From a virus, in the IMG/VR virus record IMGVR_UViG_3300033148_002122, positions 32,001 through 96,000 of that record: a stretch of DNA of 64,000 bases, one strand, 5' to 3'. The position numbers were made by a program, and so were the translations under genes. Position 1 is the stretch's first letter, and the number at the start of each line of letters is the position of its first letter. Positions 58,007 through 64,000 of the stretch are shown in pieces. Under the pieces are notes generated by a model, which made no database searches, was not told the DNA's origin, and was given only the letters and a program-made list of their open reading frames with translations.

Positions 58007-59249
58007 AATATTTCTCCCTCTCTCTGAATAGCTTATCCCTGTCCTGCCAAGTTTCTGTACCCCATTGTTCTTCTATTTTAGCTATTGAGTCCATAACTTC
58101 TTGCAATGAAATAGAATCCATCATTCTACAGACTTTTAATTCTGAATCACCACAGTGTGACTGTGTTGGCAGAATATTGTTTGGTCCTGACTGAGTATGT
58201 TGTAGGCACCCATTAGGGAATGGCTCACACGTTCCTGGGTGTTCTAGCGTTATGTTTCTGGGATAGTACTTGGTCCTAATCTTACCTGGGAATGGCCCAT
58301 ACAGACTAACACTAGGAGTGAAGGTAGCGGCTGCAACATGAACTATTGCTGAATCAATTGTTACAACAAACTTTGCCTTAGCTACTAGAGCAGATGCGTA
58401 CAAGAATCTCATCTGTTTCTGTCTAGCCTCTGACCACATTTCAGTCACAGACCTAACTTTTGGGTGAACCTTACGTCCAACCTTGTCTTCAAAGTTGATA
58501 ATCGCTGACTCAATCTCTGGGTGGTAGAATCCGTTGCCAAGGAATAACGTATAGATGTCATACTTTTCTGAGATGGCATCAGCTAGCTCAATCATTCTAA
58601 TGTAATCCCAATCCCTAACAATAGACGATGATTTAAATTGAATACAGGCGTACTCCATAGGCTTTAAACCTATATTCATTCCTTTATTAACAACGTTTCT
58701 TGCTGTTTTAAAATATTCCATAGCCCCTGGATAATACGGAAGTCGTTCCAGTCCTACCAAGTCAATGCCTGCCAGTTGAGAAAATCTGTCAACAGCAGGA
58801 AGCTGATCTGGATCTGTATCGGCCTCAATTGTTCCCTCAAACTTAAGGTGATAATCATGTGACATGATCGTATTCATACTAAGGGGTAAAACCATTGGGC
58901 TAGTTAGCCTACCAATATCTTCGTTGTCTTTCCATATGTCATGAAATCTTTCTGACGTAGCAACATTTATTGTAGCCTGTGGGTACTTCTGCTTAAGTTT
59001 ATGTACTAGGCTACTAACAAATAGTAAGTCACCAAATCCACCAGTTCTCCAGACTATTAGTTTCTTTCCATTTAAGTCCTCACCCTTGTAGGGCTTATAA
59101 TAGTCATCAAATTTATCAAACCTTGTTATAGCAGCACGGTTAGAATCACTAATCATTTTAGCCAAAGCGTCTGCGATTACATACGGGACACCCCGGCGCA
59201 TACGGATTTCACCGTAGTGTGCGTCACGATTTAGCTCTAAAATTATCAT
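57996..59249 (-). CDS. GT9 family heptosyltransferase-like protein (start revised to MIILEL)
   Basis: WRTGGFGDLL, LKQKYPQATI, VVTIDSAIVHVAAA...VSLYGP, four C-terminal Cys; AAGGAG RBS. Confidence 0.85.
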   Translation of the reverse strand: MIILELNRDAHYGEIRMRRGVPYVIADALAKMISDSNRAAITRFDKFDDYYKPYKGEDLNGKKLIVWRTGGFGDLLFVSSLVHKLKQKYPQATINVATSERFHDIWKDNEDIGRLTSPMVLPLSMNTIMSHDYHLKFEGTIEADTDPDQLPAVDRFSQLAGIDLVGLERLPYYPGAMEYFKTARNVVNKGMNIGLKPMEYACIQFKSSSIVRDWDYIRMIELADAISEKYDIYTLFLGNGFYHPEIESAIINFEDKVGRKVHPKVRSVTEMWSEARQKQMRFLYASALVAKAKFVVTIDSAIVHVAAATFTPSVSLYGPFPGKIRTKYYPRNITLEHPGTCEPFPNGCLQHTQSGPNNILPTQSHCGDSELKVCRMMDSISLQEVMDSIAKIEEQWGTETWQDRDKLFREREKYFEF

Positions 59250-59364
59250 TAAAAAACTCCTTAATCCGTTCCCAAACACAATAACCTAGTGTTCCCATAC
59301 CAGCTACAACACTAGCATCTGCACACAAGTCTGAATTTAAAATATAGTATAGTATGTCATGCAT
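59224..59364 (-). CDS. Possible 46-aa small membrane-associated protein (not in the ORF track)
   Basis: ATG 2 nt after the upstream stop; MHDILYYILNSDLCADASVVAGMGTLGYCVWERIKEFFNDNFRAKS fills the gap. Confidence 0.45.
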   Translation of the reverse strand: MHDILYYILNSDLCADASVVAGMGTLGYCVWERIKEFFNDNFRAKS

Positions 59365-59366
59365 AT

Positions 59367-59870
59367 CTACTCCAGATGGTCTTTAAATATTATAGATACT
59401 TCTTTTTCTTGTACTCCGTGTATAAGCGCAGCCTGTCTGTCATTCATTCTCAAGTCGATATGAAGTTCTGCCGATCTACGCATAGATATTCCTGTGTCAT
59501 CCGCTTCATACGGAGAGCCATCAATAATAACTATGGATCCATACGGTATTCTGTTAGGGTCTACCGCTACTCCAGGTAGTGTAGCATCCTTGCCCGTTGC
59601 TGTCAAGCCATCATCAAAGGGATAGCAGCTAATACTGTCAGGTGTGTACGCAGTGATCAGGGCGTTTACCTTGGCTACAGGGTTAATAATTAGGGTATCA
59701 ATACCACACGCCTTTAGTGAATCAACAGCATTTTCTAACACATTTAATTCTGTTTCTATGTTATTAAACTGTGTTCTATATTTATTGTCTGTCATAGTTT
59801 TTCCCATACCAATTCCAGCCAAGAACCAAGCACACGAAATTAAAACAATTTTTGTCATAGACATTACCAC
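59367..59870 (-). CDS. 3D-domain (MltA-like) peptidoglycan hydrolase with N-terminal signal/TM
   Basis: ITAYT, TATG, VAVDPNRIPYGS, ADDTG, HIDL, GVQ motifs. Confidence 0.85.
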   Translation of the reverse strand: MVMSMTKIVLISCAWFLAGIGMGKTMTDNKYRTQFNNIETELNVLENAVDSLKACGIDTLIINPVAKVNALITAYTPDSISCYPFDDGLTATGKDATLPGVAVDPNRIPYGSIVIIDGSPYEADDTGISMRRSAELHIDLRMNDRQAALIHGVQEKEVSIIFKDHLE

Positions 59871-60778
59871 ACCCCGGCATCTTTAAGCATCTTTTTTACC
59901 ACGGCAGAACAAGTATACAGTTCGTGTATTTCTTTATAACCCTGCATAACAATGTCTTCCCATTGCTTTGCAGTAATGTCTGCAATCTTATCCTCAATCA
60001 TTTTGTGATCGCCATTGAATGTAATACAGTTTTCGCCATCCCGCCACATACTAATAAAATGTAGGGGAGCATCGTCAGCTACCTCAATTATAGGCACAGA
60101 CCTACCAAGTATTTCATAGTGTCGTTGGCAATCCCAACCAGCACCCTTCGGTGATAGTACGTACTGAGAGTTACTTAGGGCACCAAAATAATCTATTCTA
60201 TTACTATACTTTTTCACTGGATAATGTCTCGCCAGTTCCGATCTGTTAACACCGTGTTCAATTGTGAATGACGAATGAATACGATTTTCTCTCGCATCAC
60301 GATTAACAGTATTCGCTCCTCCTGGCATCAGTGGAATTAGATGATCAGGAAGTCCAAAAGTAATTGGATAAACGTGTGGGATCTTTTCTCTGGGAACCAC
60401 AGGTGTAAGTTCTCTCTTAAACATAGGCGGGGCACCGTAGTGCAGCGCAAGAACATCATCGTCCTCACCATCCACATAGATATCTGCATTCTTTCTAATA
60501 CGTCTGCAACTTAGGTTAACAACTAGATCAAAGTTTTCTGGCAGCATATTCTGTGACCTATCTATAGGATCCGTAATAAAGTATCTGGCATTCATTGCAT
60601 ACTCAGGTCTTGGATGAACCTGACCATCAAAGTCCTGATACAGTATAGCTTTTCGTGGATAATCAACTGCTTGTTCATTAAACAGAATTCTAAATCCATA
60701 GAGTAGATCATCCTGTAGATAATCTTGACCACCAGAAGTAAGTAGTAATATTTTAGATTTATCTGTCAACTTTTTCAT
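59864..60778 (-). CDS. Glycosyltransferase, GT-B fold, exostosin/GT47-like C-terminus
   Basis: DYLQDDLLYG, YVDGED, FKRE, YFGALSNSQYVLSPKGAGWDCQRHYE. Confidence 0.7.
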   Translation of the reverse strand: MKKLTDKSKILLLTSGGQDYLQDDLLYGFRILFNEQAVDYPRKAILYQDFDGQVHPRPEYAMNARYFITDPIDRSQNMLPENFDLVVNLSCRRIRKNADIYVDGEDDDVLALHYGAPPMFKRELTPVVPREKIPHVYPITFGLPDHLIPLMPGGANTVNRDARENRIHSSFTIEHGVNRSELARHYPVKKYSNRIDYFGALSNSQYVLSPKGAGWDCQRHYEILGRSVPIIEVADDAPLHFISMWRDGENCITFNGDHKMIEDKIADITAKQWEDIVMQGYKEIHELYTCSAVVKKMLKDAGVW

Positions 60779-61866
60779 TGTATCTCCAGTATAAAAGGTA
60801 AAACCTGTGTGTTAAAATCCCAGTCTGTATATTTCTTTCTTACCAAATCAATTGTATCCCCGTGTGCGTGACATCCAAAACAAAAGAAAGAGTTAGTATC
60901 TGTGTATATATGAAAAGAAGCACGGGCATCATCGTGAAAAGGACACTGTGTTTTATATCCCCTTGGAAACTCATAAATTATTTTGTTACCAAAGATTGAC
61001 TTAAACACAGATACTATGTTTTTGTCCTTAGCAGACTTAACTTTCTCAGTCATCTGATTGGTATTGTCGTTGACTTTTTTCTTTTTTGAGTCCATCTCAT
61101 ACCATTTCTTACCCGCCTTGGTTTCTGAAAATTTGTAGAGATTCTGTCTAACATATTTTCCAAATCCTTCGTGATAAGACGAATTAATATCAGCATTATC
61201 AGGCAACCGAAGAATAGAAATGCGCTTATAAAGTCCATGTTTTGATAGCCTTCCTGCAAGTTTTACAGCCGCCTTCTGTCCCGATCTGTTTGCATCGTTG
61301 TCGAAGGCTATAATAATTTTCTTGTCAATGAAATAATCTAGGTAATGACTATTCCAGTTAGTAACTCCTAGCAAACCAATAGCCTTGTACCCATTCTGTA
61401 GCAGGGTTAGGGTATCAATTGCACCCTCACAAATAAATATGTAAGAATCTTGTAAGTCGTTATCTGGATAAGAGATACCTATAGGATAGGCCAGAGGTAT
61501 TCTTAGTGTCCAGTGAGGAGAGGCACCCTTAGCTACTAGTTCAGACCAAGGAAATAGTCTAACAGAATAACTAAATAACTGGCCGTCATTGGTGTACACA
61601 GGAAAGAAAATACCATCCAAAAGCATATGCTCTGACCTAGTAATGAATCCAATTTCTACTGCCGCTTCTTTCTTTTCATTATCAAATAACGAATTGAATA
61701 ATTCCTTGTCTTTATTTGTTAGGTATCCACATCCTGCTCTAACTAAGTAGTTAGTATCTAGTCCTCTGTCTTCTCTTATATACCTAAGAACATCAGGATC
61801 TGACTCAATATTTCTCATGTTAGACTGAGCAACTGTACTGATTAGTTTAAGTACTTCATTTTTCAT
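60775..61866 (-). CDS. DnaG-type primase with TOPRIM domain first and CHC2 zinc finger last
   Basis: YIREDRGL, ICEGAIDTL, AFDNDANRSGQKA, DINS; C-terminal CPFHDD..ASF...FFCFGC..GDTID. Confidence 0.85.
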   Translation of the reverse strand: MKNEVLKLISTVAQSNMRNIESDPDVLRYIREDRGLDTNYLVRAGCGYLTNKDKELFNSLFDNEKKEAAVEIGFITRSEHMLLDGIFFPVYTNDGQLFSYSVRLFPWSELVAKGASPHWTLRIPLAYPIGISYPDNDLQDSYIFICEGAIDTLTLLQNGYKAIGLLGVTNWNSHYLDYFIDKKIIIAFDNDANRSGQKAAVKLAGRLSKHGLYKRISILRLPDNADINSSYHEGFGKYVRQNLYKFSETKAGKKWYEMDSKKKKVNDNTNQMTEKVKSAKDKNIVSVFKSIFGNKIIYEFPRGYKTQCPFHDDARASFHIYTDTNSFFCFGCHAHGDTIDLVRKKYTDWDFNTQVLPFILEIQ

Positions 61867-62527
61867 TATGTGTTAGTACCTTCAGTGCCTTGTCACCAAA
61901 TTCACTAAATAGTATTCCTCTTTCAAATGTATTAATGGAGCCATAGACCATAGCCGCAAGTTCACGAATTTCCCACATGGCTCCCGCAGCTAGTCTAAGT
62001 TCAAAGAAGTTACGTAAACTCCTAGCGTTTATCGTCCACACGCATTCAAATTTTAGTGACTCAGGCATCTTGTGCTTAAACTTATCAGGTGGAATTCCAT
62101 CTAGCCTTGCCTTGGTAATAATCTTCCATACATAATCTTTTTCTATTTCATCTAGTTCTGGGTGGGTTTTTACAAGATGATCCATCAATTCGATACAACT
62201 TAATTTCATCATTTTCTTTAGTGTAAACCGTGTTGACCTAACAGAAAAAGATGATATCCTGTGACGCTCTAGCTCTAACAGTACAGCACGGGAGAAGCCT
62301 TGAATCTCAAACGTATACACCTTGTGTTCTAGTACACTCTCATGCTTACTATCTATGATCCTTTTAAGAAGGGCACGGTCTTTGGGACCAATAACATAAC
62401 CAGATGAGGGTTTCATTCCGCAGTCATCGTATGAGTCACTATTACCCATTGAATCATAGCAGGTACGTGCTGCTATTACGCAGTTGTATAGGCTAGTTTC
62501 TCCCAAGATTTTTACCTGTTGTTCCAT
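61856..62527 (-). CDS. thyX: Flavin-dependent thymidylate synthase
   Basis: AARTCY, HESVLEH, SRAV..ELERHRISSFSVRSTR, NARSLRNFFELR..AMWEIR. Confidence 0.92.
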   Translation of the reverse strand: MEQQVKILGETSLYNCVIAARTCYDSMGNSDSYDDCGMKPSSGYVIGPKDRALLKRIIDSKHESVLEHKVYTFEIQGFSRAVLLELERHRISSFSVRSTRFTLKKMMKLSCIELMDHLVKTHPELDEIEKDYVWKIITKARLDGIPPDKFKHKMPESLKFECVWTINARSLRNFFELRLAAGAMWEIRELAAMVYGSINTFERGILFSEFGDKALKVLTHNEK

Positions 62528-62528
62528 G

Positions 62529-63524
62529 CTATTCCAATCCGAAATGATTCTTTAGCTTATCATAGATTGATGTTCTAAGTATAAGGTTTTCTTTAAGGTT
62601 CTTTCTTGCTTTTTCAATTCCTTGCCCAACGTGTTCGCCTTCGAAAGAGAACCATGCACCCTTCTTCTCTAGTAACCCAGCTTTCTGGGCACACGCAAGT
62701 ATATCGGCTTCGAAGTCTATGCCCTCACCGAAATAAATAGGGAACTCAACAACTTTGAAGGGTGTTGCTACCTTATTCTTAACAACTTTAACCTTGGTCA
62801 TTGAGCCTATAATTTCATCGCCACTCTTAATAGGGGTAATTCTTCTTATGTCAAGTCTAATACTAGAGTAGAACTTGAGTGCGTTACCTCCAGGCTGTGT
62901 TTCTGGATTGCCGTACATGACACCAATTTTCATGCGAATCTGATTAGTAAATATGAGACAGGTGTTACTCCCGTGTACTATCCCAGCGAGTTTACGCATA
63001 GCCTGACTCATAAGCCTAGCCTGTAGTCCCATGTGTGAGTCACCCATCTGACCCTCAATCTCTGCCGCTGGGACCAGGGCAGCCACAGAATCAACTACTA
63101 CTACATCAACACCACCAGACCTAATCAGAGCCTCTACAATTTGTAAAGCCTGTTCACCATTATTTGGTTGGCTAATTATTAGTTCATCAGATTCAACACC
63201 AAGTTTGGCCGCATATGCAGGATCAAGTGAATGCTCTGTGTCTACAAATGCACAGATATCATCGTTTTTTTGTGCGTTAGATAGAATAGAAAGACAGAGA
63301 GTAGTCTTACCACTACCCTCTGGACCATAGATTTCTGTAATTCTTCCCTTGGGAATTCCACCAATACCAAGTGCCCGATCTAGTGAGAAACTTCCAGTAG
63401 GTATAGTATCTATGTCTTTTCTAAAGTTATCATCACCCAACTTCATTACTGAGTTGGCACCATACTCTTTGTTTATTTGTTTCATAGCCAATTCCAGGGC
63501 ACTAATCTTATCTTCTTTTTTCAC
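62529..63524 (-). CDS. recA: Recombinase RecA
   Basis: [55 protein letters not shown]. Confidence 0.97.
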   Translation of the reverse strand: MKKEDKISALELAMKQINKEYGANSVMKLGDDNFRKDIDTIPTGSFSLDRALGIGGIPKGRITEIYGPEGSGKTTLCLSILSNAQKNDDICAFVDTEHSLDPAYAAKLGVESDELIISQPNNGEQALQIVEALIRSGGVDVVVVDSVAALVPAAEIEGQMGDSHMGLQARLMSQAMRKLAGIVHGSNTCLIFTNQIRMKIGVMYGNPETQPGGNALKFYSSIRLDIRRITPIKSGDEIIGSMTKVKVVKNKVATPFKVVEFPIYFGEGIDFEADILACAQKAGLLEKKGAWFSFEGEHVGQGIEKARKNLKENLILRTSIYDKLKNHFGLE

Positions 63525-63817
63525 CTAGTCTCCCATTTTTCGTCTAGTCTTGTCCACTCTTCTGGTGCGTCACCAACGAACATCTCTTTTACTCTCCAGT
63601 TTAATCCATTTATGTTTCTTTTACTGATGTTACCTATCACGATGTGTTCACCAGCATAGTGTGAGAGAAGACATATATTTAGTTCTCCGTGTGATTTTCC
63701 ATCTGATGCCGATGAATAGGTAGCGTTGTTGGCATGAACAGCCACAGGTAAGTCGGGTAGCTCAAGCAAAAGTCTAGCTAGTTCGTGAGAGCTTAGTCCG
63801 TATTTATTCTGTTCCAT
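63521..63817 (-). CDS. Hypothetical protein
   Basis: GGAGG RBS right after the tRNA; GTGA overlap with recA. Confidence 0.7.
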   Translation of the reverse strand: MEQNKYGLSSHELARLLLELPDLPVAVHANNATYSSASDGKSHGELNICLLSHYAGEHIVIGNISKRNINGLNWRVKEMFVGDAPEEWTRLDEKWETR

Positions 63818-63831
63818 TTATACCTCCAAGG

Positions 63832-63904
63832 TTGACGGGGCAGGAGTTGAACCTGCAACATTCAGGACCAAAACCTGACGCTCTGCCAATTGAACTACCC
63901 ATCA
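63832..63904 (-). tRNA. tRNA-Gln (anticodon TTG), CCA not encoded
   Basis: TGATGGG acceptor / CCCGTCA, D arm GTTC AATTGGCA GAGC, anticodon arm TCAGG TTTTGGT CCTGA, T arm GCAGG TTCAACT CCTGC; U1-A72 typical of Gln; followed by CCT. Confidence 0.92.
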
Positions 63905-64000
63905 ATAATCCTCAAACATAATCTTATGCGTTTCTTCGGCAAGGAAATCTCCTTCACAAGTTCTTCTTACTACACCCTCAGTTCCAATAAGTTTCTTTCT
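63902..64000 (-). CDS. 3' end of a truncated ORF entering the window
   Basis: Open frame RKKLIGTEGVVRRTCEGDFLAEETHKIMFEDY, with TGA at 63904-63902. Confidence 0.45.
   Translation of the reverse strand, partial: RKKLIGTEGVVRRTCEGDFLAEETHKIMFEDY

Noticed and set aside
1-64000. Alternative genetic code or stop-codon reassignment
   Set aside because: Genes tile densely under the standard code, and TAA, TAG and TGA all terminate coupled genes

Overview
This window is 64 kb of a large, AT-rich tailed phage with a siphovirus-type layout. The + strand arm (1-48873) holds the late genes: a partial repeat protein, a BppU-like protein, an HNH nuclease, a GT4 glycosyltransferase, a portal-MuF fusion, protease/scaffold, decoration and major capsid proteins, neck genes, tail tube, a -1 frameshifted tail chaperone, a 2089-aa tape measure, about 24 kb of tail-tip/fibre genes, and a GT2-Ugd-B12 radical SAM-NadE operon. 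The convergent - strand arm (48866-64000) holds early/replication genes: RecA, ThyX, a domain-permuted primase, a DEDDh exonuclease, Cas4-like and other PD-(D/E)XK nucleases, tRNA-Gln(UUG), three more glycosyltransferases, a heptose kinase and a 2.3-kb high-GC island. The main candidate for a new system is the tripeptide D-S-T (and D-T-T). By eye it occurs about 50 (+16) times in predicted exterior virion proteins, including two unrelated 14-residue-periodic arrays, and not once in about 3400 aa of portal, protease/scaffold and tape measure. It matches the Bacteroidota O-glycosylation sequon D-(S/T)-(A/I/L/V/M/T), and the phage encodes five soluble glycosyltransferases plus sugar-supply and tailoring enzymes. 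My inference is a phage-encoded, sequon-directed virion glycan coat. All family calls come from motif recognition by eye, with no database searches, and all counts are manual.
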